NCBI GenBank assembly: GCA_035285545.1
Contig: JAYKGY010000072.1
Location: 1-24,775, forward strand
Direction: 5' to 3'
DNA length: 24,775 nucleotides
Origin: Snowella sp.
GTDB taxonomy: Bacteria; Cyanobacteriota; Cyanobacteriia; Cyanobacteriales; Microcystaceae
The position numbers and the translations under genes are program-made. The notes below the pieces were generated by a model. The model was not told the origin of the DNA and searched no databases. It saw only the letters and a program-made list of their open reading frames with translations. Positions 9,299 through 17,301 of the stretch are shown piece by piece. Within the stretch, counting starts at the first letter, position 1; each line of letters begins with the position of its first letter.

Positions 9299-9452
9299 CG
9301 TTGCTACTGAGAAAAAGACATCCCATTGTCGATAAACATCAAGCAGACTTGCTCCGGTCTTCGGGGTAATTTACCGATGTTTGGGCTTACCCTTATGGGT
9401 AAAACTATCCTTGATAGTTTGAAGAAAAGCCCCTCCTATACGCTTTAGATTA
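9299..9452 (+). mobile_element. Probable degenerate IS200/IS605 tnpB 3' remnant with omega-RNA-like structured region
   Basis: Frame from 9299 reads RCY*EKDIPLSINIKQ..., like the TnpB terminal CGy..dRD..As.NI; nested hairpins; ends in GAAAAGCCCCTCCTATACGCTTTAG, resembling cyanobacterial IS605 right ends (from recall). Confidence 0.5.
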
Positions 9453-9582
9453 CTACTACTAAGTAGATCAACTAAATAAAACATAAAATCTTTTTGAGCT
9501 TTATCCCCCCTGCCTCCCTTACTAAGGGGAGAGCCGATAGGCGGGGGATTTTATAAAAAATAAGTTTGACTTACTACTACTA
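9450..9582. repeat. Miniature dispersed repeat (MITE/REP-like), copy 2, bounded by a 12-bp direct repeat
   Basis: TTACTACTACTA at 9450-9461 and 9571-9582; imperfect terminal inverted repeats (ATAAAATC/GATTTTAT); core CCCTTACTAAGGG and GCCGATAGGC shared with 3291-3396. Confidence 0.7.
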
Positions 9583-9625
9583 TCCAATCACTACCCTGGG
9601 TAGGTTCTGTTTGTTTCTCTGTTTG

Positions 9626-11035
9626 TCATTTCAGCAATGTGTTACTAAATAAACTAACATCATCTTGAAAATAAATTTTTTGAAAATTGGCGTTTTTTTC
9701 GATCTTTCTAATTAGCTGATCAATCAATTCAGGGGAGCTTTGCCAACCTGGATGACGCTTGTTTAATAATACATATTCAAATTGATTAAAATCTAAGGTT
9801 TCTGATCCATCCGTTGCCATTTTTACTAAGGGGCGATGGGTCACATGGGGGGCAATTTCGGCTGAGGTTAAAACGCCACCTTGAGTTTGAATTTGCGCGA
9901 TCGCGGCATTGGTTGCTTGCCAGGTATCCAAAGAACTGAGGTAGCGGGAAGTAAAAAAGCCCCCTTTCGCCAGAGCAAAAAAGCTGACTAAAGACCACAG
10001 CATAATCCAACGGGGACGACGAATTAAGGTTTTTCCATCAGCTAAGGCAGCAATAACGGCGAGTAATAAAAATGGAAAAACGGGTAAGGAATATTGGGTT
10101 AATAAATCTTTTTGACCATCGTAATCGCTTAATAAATTCAAGAAAAGGGCAGGCAATGCAGGAATTAACGGATCAAGATGTCGCCACGAAAGCCCCCACA
10201 ATAAGGGAATACATAAAAGCAAAAGATAGCCAAAATTAACGCCTGTGAATAAATAGCTGAGAACTAATTGGGGTTTTAAAATTAAATTAATAATAATTTC
10301 TGAAACCGAATTTCCTAAGAAACTATAGCGAGAAATTCCGGCCAATTCCTGGGTACGAAAATGGGGAATAATCAGTTGGGTTGCAATTCCAAACCAAGCG
10401 GCTCCAGCTATTAGGGCAATGAGTCCGTATCGTCTGGTTTTTTGATGGAGTAATAACCAGATACCTAAGAAGGCAACAGTTAAACTTAAAACAGCTTTAC
10501 AACTTAAAATGATCGCGATCGCGCCGATAAATTGCCCTAGTTTTTGCTGTCGTGCTGACAGTACAGCCCAGAGCAACGCAGGTAAGGCAATCACATCAGG
10601 ATGAAAGTCGAACAAATTAACATTAAAAACTAAGGGATAGAGCAAATAGACAATGGCGATCGCCAAGCATTGTTTCGGGGTTAAATTGGATTCTTGGGCT
10701 AAATAATAAGCAGGTAAAGCTCCCATTGATAACGCGATCGCTTGAATCGCAAACAACCAATAAACCGAGGGATAAAGTTTATAAAGTAAACTAATGGGAT
10801 AAAAAATTAAGGCCGCATGGTCTCCTAAAATATGAATATTATTAAAGGAAACAATGGGTGGTAAATTAACACTGATTAAATAAATAGCTTGATCAAAAAA
10901 GCCTAAATCAAACGCCGTAGATTGATATAAAATATGTTTAATACTGCTAGCTAAAAATAAAATCAAGCTGCTAACAGAAATTAAAATGAATAAAGGATGG
11001 ATTTTAATAAACCGTTTTTGAAGCCAAAGGAACAT
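9626..11035 (-). CDS. DUF2079 family multi-pass membrane protein (GT-C-like)
   Basis: FDLG.FDQ..Y, HILGDH, FDFHPD, QYS.P motifs; many TM segments. Confidence 0.85.
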   Translation of the reverse strand: MFLWLQKRFIKIHPLFILISVSSLILFLASSIKHILYQSTAFDLGFFDQAIYLISVNLPPIVSFNNIHILGDHAALIFYPISLLYKLYPSVYWLFAIQAIALSMGALPAYYLAQESNLTPKQCLAIAIVYLLYPLVFNVNLFDFHPDVIALPALLWAVLSARQQKLGQFIGAIAIILSCKAVLSLTVAFLGIWLLLHQKTRRYGLIALIAGAAWFGIATQLIIPHFRTQELAGISRYSFLGNSVSEIIINLILKPQLVLSYLFTGVNFGYLLLLCIPLLWGLSWRHLDPLIPALPALFLNLLSDYDGQKDLLTQYSLPVFPFLLLAVIAALADGKTLIRRPRWIMLWSLVSFFALAKGGFFTSRYLSSLDTWQATNAAIAQIQTQGGVLTSAEIAPHVTHRPLVKMATDGSETLDFNQFEYVLLNKRHPGWQSSPELIDQLIRKIEKNANFQKIYFQDDVSLFSNTLLK

Positions 11036-11138
11036 GGTTAGCGTTTGTCCATTGCGTATAAAACAATCACCAAGCGAATCTCCTCTAGCTTAATGCCCCA
11101 GGTGGGCCCGTTTCCCATCCTAAATTTAAAATCCTTAA

Positions 11139-11492
11139 TTAACTGATGCTTTTGCGAAGATGCTCTTGAATTCGTTTTTTATCCGGTTCATCTGATTTGA
11201 GAATTTCTCCGAACTCACTACTACTTTGGTTTAAATGGGCCAAAATCTGACGTTTACGTGCGTCTTTAGCCACGCTGGTATCCCGACTTTCGGACTTAGA
11301 AACGGTAGATGTTTTAGTAACCGTAGGGGATGGAGTGGGTTCGGGTTCAGACGTAATTGGAGCAGAGGGCGGGACAGATTCAGTGGTAAGGGGGACACTC
11401 GGCTTAACAGTTGGTGTTTTGAGCAGGTCAGAACTTTTGGCCAGATGCTCTAAAATCTTTTTTTTGCGATCGCTATCGTTGCGGCTCAACAT
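11139..11492 (-). CDS. Hypothetical protein with three RK..I.EHL.KS-like repeats and a Pro/Ser/Thr-rich linker
   Basis: RKKKILEHLAKS, RKRQILAHLNQS, KKRIQEHLRKS; AGGA SD-like sequence upstream. Confidence 0.75.
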   Translation of the reverse strand: MLSRNDSDRKKKILEHLAKSSDLLKTPTVKPSVPLTTESVPPSAPITSEPEPTPSPTVTKTSTVSKSESRDTSVAKDARKRQILAHLNQSSSEFGEILKSDEPDKKRIQEHLRKSIS

Positions 11493-11517
11493 AATCCTAT
11501 AACCCTTTTATCAGCAA

Positions 11518-11535
11518 TGTGTGAAGTTTTGTAAC
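11518..11535 (-). promoter_or_regulatory. HLR1-like (RpaB) site upstream of the repeat protein
   Basis: Minus strand GTTACAAA-AC-TTCACACA; first half perfect, second 6/8. Confidence 0.35.
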
Positions 11536-11578
11536 GCCTTTGATTATAGAAGATGCTTCTGGAAAGAGAGGGTAGCAA

Positions 11579-12307
11579 TCATTGCAATTCGGAAAATTTC
11601 TGAGGATGGACAAAATTGAAAAAAGCTTCCCTGGCGGCGGTTTGCTCGGCCATTTTTTTAGAGGCTCCTGTTCCCTGCCCTAAAAATTGCTCATCTAGCC
11701 AAACTTCTGCGATAAATCGCTCTTCTTTGACCATAAAGGGAATATTTTCCTGCACCCGATATTGGGGTAAACGCTTATATTTTGCCTGGCTCCATTCCTG
11801 AAGTGCGTCTTTATAGTTTTGTCTGGCGGGATCTTGCCAAATTTCAATGGCTTTTTCTTTAAGATGTCCATCTAACCAGGGACGCACCAGATCCATAGTT
11901 TGGGTGCTGAGATACAAGGCTCCTAACAGTCCTTCAAAGGCATCGGCTAATCGGGAAACCTTACCCGCTTTGTCCCCCATTGCACTGGCTGAAATGAGGA
12001 GATAACGCTCTAAACCATAAATTTCTGCCCACTGGGCCAAGGTGCGATCGCTGACCATCATGGAACGCAAAGAGGCAAATTCGCCAACGGATTCTTCAGG
12101 ATAATTTTCTAGCAACACTTCAGCCGCCGCTAAACGAACAACGGCATCCCCCACAAATTCGAGTTGTTGATAATTTTGCTTAGCCGAAATACTGGGATGG
12201 GTTAGCCCTAAATCGACCAGTTGCCAATTTACGGGTGCGTCTTTGGGCAATCCTAATTTTTGGGTTAGATTGTGAAGTTGCTTGAGACGACGGGGATCAA
12301 GAGTCAT
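11579..12307 (-). CDS. rnc: Ribonuclease III
   Basis: LTHPS, QLEFVGDAV signature, ADAFEGLLGALYL, C-terminal dsRBD (NYKDALQEW...G.G.SKK.AEQ.AA). Confidence 0.96.
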   Translation of the reverse strand: MTLDPRRLKQLHNLTQKLGLPKDAPVNWQLVDLGLTHPSISAKQNYQQLEFVGDAVVRLAAAEVLLENYPEESVGEFASLRSMMVSDRTLAQWAEIYGLERYLLISASAMGDKAGKVSRLADAFEGLLGALYLSTQTMDLVRPWLDGHLKEKAIEIWQDPARQNYKDALQEWSQAKYKRLPQYRVQENIPFMVKEERFIAEVWLDEQFLGQGTGASKKMAEQTAAREAFFNFVHPQKFSELQ

Positions 12308-12359
12308 AGGTTAATTGTTCAGTCTCCATTAGCGGCGATCGCCAACTGTCAAAAAATAA

Positions 12360-12805
12360 GGAGAGAGTCAGACGTAAGCCGGGTTCTGTTCTTTCCAGAC
12401 TAGACGAAGCTAACCGAGAAAGGGGAATTATCTATCTAGGAAGTTTGTTACCAAACCTCTCAAGCGGTTCCACCAACAACGGGAGGGGCAAAAGACCAAC
12501 CCTTCTCCCTGCGACCTTGCTTCCAACCGGGGTTTACCGAGCCAGTACCTCTCGATACTGCTGGTACGCTCTTACCGCACCTTTGCACCCTTACCCTATC
12601 AATGAATAGTTAATAGGTAAATCGTTAATAGTCAGTCAACTAAAAACTTTTCACCCTTCACTTTTCACGCTTTCAGGCGGTATCTTTCTGTGGCACTATC
12701 CTCGCGCTCACACGCACTGGGCGTTACCCAGCAAGTTTGGTCTTTTGGAAGCCCGGACTTTCCTCAGATTCCGAAGAATCCGCAATTCCCTCGCTTACTC
12801 TCTCC
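12360..12805 (-). ncRNA. rnpB: RNase P RNA, bacterial type A
   Basis: Minus strand GAGGAAAGTCCGGGC, AGTGCCACAGAAAGATACCGCC, GGTAAGGGTGCAAAGG, GGTAAACCCCGGTTGGAAGCAAG, ACAGAACCCGGCTTA; P1 GGAGAGAGT/ACTCTCTCC; -10 TACACT at 12818-12813. Confidence 0.98.
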
Positions 12806-12988
12806 ATCTTCTAGTGTAGAGTTGTTACGAATTTTCTGGGTAGCCTACTGTTGTTGCATCGTACCAGAGAATTTTTGAATTTATTTGTCCCGTCTTCGAT
12901 CTTTTGCTTGAGGATGCGTTTACCCTGAGTCTTATGATAAATAGGTTGCTAGAATTTACAGCATTTGCTCCGTATTGTCGCTTGATAT

Positions 12989-13639
12989 ATGATGTCCCAT
13001 TCCCTCTCCACAACGCCGAGTTTTATTGTTCCTGATGTGACCTTAGACCAAATTTCCCTCAAAACGCCGCTTAAATTAGGGGTTATGGCCTCTGGGAGTG
13101 GAACCAATTTTGTCGCGATCGCCGAAGCCATCGAAAGGCAGGAATTAAACGCTCAGGTTGAAGTTTTAATTTATAACAATCCACAGGCCAAAGTTAAAGA
13201 TCAGGCTGACAAGTTTAATATTCCGACTGTATTACTCAACCATCGGGAATTTACTTCACGGGAAGCCCTAGATGAAGCCATTGTCTCGACACTTAAAGAT
13301 TATGGGGTGGAATGGGTGATTATGGCGGGATGGATGCGGATTGTAACCCCTGTTTTGTTAAATGCTTTTGCAGAACGGGTCATTAATATTCACCCTAGTT
13401 TGTTGCCCAGTTTTCGCGGAGTGCGGGCAGTAGAACAAGCCTTAGCCGCAGGGGTTAAGGTAACGGGTTGTACGGTGCATTTGGCCAGTGCCGAAGTCGA
13501 TAGTGGCCCCATCATTGCCCAAGCCGTTGTGCCGATTTTGCCTGATGATACCGCCGACACTCTCCATGCCCGTATTCAGGTTCAGGAACACCAAATTTTT
13601 CCTTTGGCGATCGCGATCGCGGCTTCTAGCATTGAGTAA
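12989..13639 (+). CDS. purN: Phosphoribosylglycinamide formyltransferase
   Basis: ASGSGTN, AGWMRI, INIHPSLLP.F.G, TGCTVH...VDSGPIIAQ. Confidence 0.97.
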   Translation: MMSHSLSTTPSFIVPDVTLDQISLKTPLKLGVMASGSGTNFVAIAEAIERQELNAQVEVLIYNNPQAKVKDQADKFNIPTVLLNHREFTSREALDEAIVSTLKDYGVEWVIMAGWMRIVTPVLLNAFAERVINIHPSLLPSFRGVRAVEQALAAGVKVTGCTVHLASAEVDSGPIIAQAVVPILPDDTADTLHARIQVQEHQIFPLAIAIAASSIE

Positions 13640-13643
13640 AAAT

Positions 13644-14753
13644 TTAAAGGCGAGGCAACCATTTTGCTTCTTCGATCACCGACTTTAAAGAAAGCCAATT
13701 TTTTTGATTAAACCAATCTTGAAAGGCTTGATTAATTTTGCCCGCATTTAAGGATTTAATACCATCGCTGACAGATACCGCAATATGCTGCATCACACTG
13801 GAATCTCGATAACAATCCATCATACAAGCGGTGCAATTATCCCGTACTCGCTGAGAACCATCAAATTCCGTCACATGACACAAGGGTTTTGACCAATTAT
13901 GACAACGATAGAGATTTAATTCCCAATCTAAGTAGAAAAATTTCCACCCCCCCAAGCACCCAAACGTTTCAGGTTCCCCCTTTAAATGGCGTTGCATATC
14001 TTCAATGGAAGCTGTTGGATTCACCACATGAAACTCTTTTTTCAAGGCTTTAACCGCTTCAAACCGTTCATCTAATTCTTCTGGCGTATAATCCACTAAA
14101 TTCGACTCGGCATACCCTAAATAGGAAGACGCTAAGGTTGTTAACGGATAGGAAAAGGTCACACTATCAAATCCTAAGGATTTCAAAAATTCGGGTAACG
14201 CTTGATAATCATCAATTAAACGACTCATCGTGACTGAAGCCGTTGTTCCAATTTTATATTTTTTAAATTCTTCATTGGCTTGGCGAATCCGTTCACACAC
14301 CCCTTTTAAGCCCCGATTTTCTTCATGCTTACCCACTTCCGCCGCATCAATGGAGATAATAACGCTCACCACTCCCGCTTGCGCCAATTTTTTAACCCGT
14401 TCAACCGTTAATAACCCTGCATTAGTCACAATCATCGGAGCCATGCCAATACTCGCCGCATGAGCGATCATTTCATCAATTTGGGGATGGAGTAAGGGTT
14501 CTCCCCCCACATAAATCATGAAATAAATGCCGTTTTGATAAAGAATTTCGGCAGATTCTTTGGCTTGCTCTAGGGTAACGAAACGCTGTTGTTCCTTAGG
14601 CATTTTATCGACGGCAAAGTTACAGAAACCACAACGGGCATTACAAGCACTGGTAACGGCAAATTGACACATGGATGGCCCGCCAGTTTGTAAGCTTTCC
14701 CAAGCAAGTTGCCAGATAGAGCGTCGTTTTGTCGGAGTTGCAGTGGTGGCCAT
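13644..14753 (-). CDS. Radical SAM protein with C-terminal Cys-rich (SPASM/Twitch-like) domain; function unknown
   Basis: C37-x3-C41-x2-C44, GGEP, VTNAG, ISID; C-terminal CLGG...YRC...CTACMMDC. Confidence 0.9.
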   Translation of the reverse strand: MATTATPTKRRSIWQLAWESLQTGGPSMCQFAVTSACNARCGFCNFAVDKMPKEQQRFVTLEQAKESAEILYQNGIYFMIYVGGEPLLHPQIDEMIAHAASIGMAPMIVTNAGLLTVERVKKLAQAGVVSVIISIDAAEVGKHEENRGLKGVCERIRQANEEFKKYKIGTTASVTMSRLIDDYQALPEFLKSLGFDSVTFSYPLTTLASSYLGYAESNLVDYTPEELDERFEAVKALKKEFHVVNPTASIEDMQRHLKGEPETFGCLGGWKFFYLDWELNLYRCHNWSKPLCHVTEFDGSQRVRDNCTACMMDCYRDSSVMQHIAVSVSDGIKSLNAGKINQAFQDWFNQKNWLSLKSVIEEAKWLPRL

Positions 14754-14830
14754 AGGATTAATTGCTTAATCGGAAGTTTAAATAATTACCGCTCAAACTA
14801 TAACACTACAATTACAATCCTTGAAGAAAC

Positions 14831-14860
14831 AAAAAAAGACAAACTTTCACTGCTTGTCCT
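14831..14860 (-). terminator. Intrinsic terminator downstream of cspA
   Basis: Minus strand AGGACAAGC-AGTGAAA-GTTTGTCTT followed by a T-run. Confidence 0.7.
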
Positions 14861-14940
14861 AGGTTTAAAACTTTTGGTTTAATTTACTGCCTGAACTATT
14901 GCAGTTTTCATATCATTGAAGTCATCAAACCAATAACGGC

Positions 14941-15147
14941 TCAAGACTCAATACGAACCTTGGAAGCCTGTGTTCCTTTGGGGCCTCTTACGATCTCAAA
15001 ACTAACGCGCTGCCCCTCTGTGAGTGTCCTGAATCCTTCTATGTCGATAGAGGTATGATGAACGAATAGGTCTTCGCCACCTCCATCTTGGGTAATGAAA
15101 CCAAAACCTTTAGCATCATTAAAAAATTTGACTGTACCAAGTGGCAT
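14941..15147 (-). CDS. cspA: Cold-shock domain protein (CspA family)
   Basis: GTVKFFN, RNP1 KGFGFI, RNP2 LFVHH, GFRTL.EGQ.V.FEI..GPKG.QA..V; SD AAGGAG; TATAAT at 15253-15248. Confidence 0.96.
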   Translation of the reverse strand: MPLGTVKFFNDAKGFGFITQDGGGEDLFVHHTSIDIEGFRTLTEGQRVSFEIVRGPKGTQASKVRIES

Positions 15148-15259
15148 TTGAAGACTCCTTATTTGAAATTTATGGGGTATTTTACCGTAATCTAGACCAT
15201 AGAAGAAAAAAAGTCAGCCCCTCAGTCTCTAAGTTACGAGAATTAAGATTATAAATCAA

Positions 15260-16411
15260 CTAAACAGAAGTAAGTTTGCCATCAAGCAATAACTGATAGG
15301 TTTGCCCCCGCCAAATGACGCGATCGCCGCTAAAACTGTAACACCAAAGCGCAAAACTCAAGAGATCTCGTAAAGGAATGAGATAGAAAAAGCGTTTAGC
15401 CGTTGAATCATTAAAATAATAAATGGCAATCCAATAAGCAGTTAACAATCGAATTGTCCAAACAGTTCCAAAGATAATGCACCCAAAAATCGAAAATTGG
15501 GTGAGTAATAACAAAATAAAACTATTAACAATTCCGTAGGTAAAAAGTAGGCCAACGTAACCCCAAAATCGTTCAACTCGAATACATTTTAACCACCGCG
15601 TTTGACGTTGAATAAGTTCTGAAAAAGTGACTTTTCCTAAACGATGTTCGACAACATAGGAAGATAAAATAACATGATAACCCTGTTGTGTCGGTAAATA
15701 TCCCAATTGATAATCATCCGCTAAATGGTTAGCAACACTGGAAAATCCTCCGATTTTATCTAATGTTTCTCGACGAATAGCAATAGTTGAACCGAAGGCA
15801 AAGTCCACTCCTTCTAATTTTCTAGCCGTTAAAACTTTAGGGTAAAATTGAGCCGCAATATCCAAGGCTTCAAAACTGGCTAACCAACCTTCTGTAAGGG
15901 AATTATATAAACAGGTTACGACCCCCACCTTAGAGTCGGTAAAGGGTTGAATGATTGCTGTTAAATAATCTTTTTCGACGCGAATATCACTATCCGATAG
16001 CACTAAAAAATCATACTTAGCTTTCGTCATTCCATTGGCTAAATTATTGATTTTGGGATTAATCCCGATATCGCGATCGCTGATGACCAATTCAATCTCT
16101 AAATGGGAAAAATCCTGCTGAAGTTTTTGAACAACAGCAATGCTGGGATCATCCGATTTTTGTACCGAAAAAATAATTTGATAGAGGGGATAATCTTGAT
16201 CACAAAAAGACGCGAGGCTAGTATAACTCTCCCAATCTAAGCCACAAAGGGGTTTTAAAATTGTCAGCGGAGGGCTAAAAGATTCATCAATATTTGAGGC
16301 TTGAGAGAAAAAATCAATCGTGGCATAGAGAGAGTACAGGTAATAACTAATAGAACCCAAACTCAGGAAAAAAAAGAGGATAATCAACAATGTCATCATA
16401 GATGTAATCAT
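15260..16411 (-). CDS. hpnI: HpnI-like bacteriohopanetetrol glucosamine glycosyltransferase (ceramide glucosyltransferase family)
   Basis: ILKPLCG, G.NPKINNL, DSD, FAFGS, LADDY.LG, RQ.RW; next to hpnK. Confidence 0.85.
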   Translation of the reverse strand: MITSMMTLLIILFFFLSLGSISYYLYSLYATIDFFSQASNIDESFSPPLTILKPLCGLDWESYTSLASFCDQDYPLYQIIFSVQKSDDPSIAVVQKLQQDFSHLEIELVISDRDIGINPKINNLANGMTKAKYDFLVLSDSDIRVEKDYLTAIIQPFTDSKVGVVTCLYNSLTEGWLASFEALDIAAQFYPKVLTARKLEGVDFAFGSTIAIRRETLDKIGGFSSVANHLADDYQLGYLPTQQGYHVILSSYVVEHRLGKVTFSELIQRQTRWLKCIRVERFWGYVGLLFTYGIVNSFILLLLTQFSIFGCIIFGTVWTIRLLTAYWIAIYYFNDSTAKRFFYLIPLRDLLSFALWCYSFSGDRVIWRGQTYQLLLDGKLTSV

Positions 16412-16460
16412 ATAATTTACTGTCTTCCCTCTGGAAAATTAATGATTAAATAATCAATAG

Positions 16461-17288
16461 TTATTGATGAATAAAAATACCAAACCCAATTAAAGCAGTT
16501 CCCATCAGACGTTCTCTGCTAAATGTTTCTTTTAAAATCAATTTTGCTCCTAGCATACTAAATAAATAGGTCAAGGCGGTGGCAGGCCGAACAAAACTAA
16601 TATCAGCCCAACTTAGCACTGCAATAAAGGTAAAAAACGCGATCGCTTGACAAGCAATCCCACTGATAATGGCAGGATTTGTAATAATATTCCGCACGAG
16701 ATCGAACCCGGCTCGCCATCCCATCTTTCCCACTGACCCCACCTGCTTCATGCCACAGGCTAGTAATAAATCCCCCGCAGAATCTGCTAAAGAAATGACG
16801 ATGACAGCTAACCAGGTTTTTGAAACAGAAAGACTGAAAGGCAACAGAAAAAACGGAATATTTCGTGAGCCAATTTTAACCGGCGATGTCGGTAATTTAG
16901 GGGGTTGGCTGACAGGTCGTTTACTTAAACTCACTAACAACACGCCCGATGAAATGATCAATGTACTCAACCAACGCATTACCAATACCTGTTCCCCCAA
17001 TAAAATCCACGCTAAAAAGGCATTCACGACATAGCTAAAGGAATGGATCGGCAGAACAAAGCTCAGGTCAAATCGAGAAATAGCGGTGAGATAGAAAATT
17101 AAGGAAATGATTAAAAATAAAACGCCAATCCAAATCCAAACATTAGTTAACAAATAAGTAATGAGCGGAATAATGCCACCAAAATCAAGAGGATTAACGA
17201 CTCCAAAATCCTTCATTCCCCGACTTAGTCCAATGTCACCTAATGCTTGAGTAAGAATTAAAATTGCTAATAGAAAGAACGTTTTCAC
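16461..17288 (-). CDS. EamA/DMT-superfamily membrane protein, two fused homologous half-domains
   Basis: GD..L..GMK and S..D.SFV.P motifs each occur twice; GE.V...RW; Pro-rich linker. Confidence 0.8.
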   Translation of the reverse strand: MKTFFLLAILILTQALGDIGLSRGMKDFGVVNPLDFGGIIPLITYLLTNVWIWIGVLFLIISLIFYLTAISRFDLSFVLPIHSFSYVVNAFLAWILLGEQVLVMRWLSTLIISSGVLLVSLSKRPVSQPPKLPTSPVKIGSRNIPFFLLPFSLSVSKTWLAVIVISLADSAGDLLLACGMKQVGSVGKMGWRAGFDLVRNIITNPAIISGIACQAIAFFTFIAVLSWADISFVRPATALTYLFSMLGAKLILKETFSRERLMGTALIGFGIFIHQ

Positions 17289-17301
17289 AACTGAATAGAA
17301 T

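Noticed and set aside
12690..13131. Short ORFs 12690-12878, 12825-13013 and 12949-13131
   Set aside because: They overlap rnpB or purN in antisense and have no recognisable motifs.
13621..15319. HIP1-free stretch over the radical SAM gene and cspA as evidence of HGT
   Set aside because: Gaps of similar size occur in core genes (1-1642 in zwf, 3906-5585 in dxs, 19710-21609), so it is not informative.
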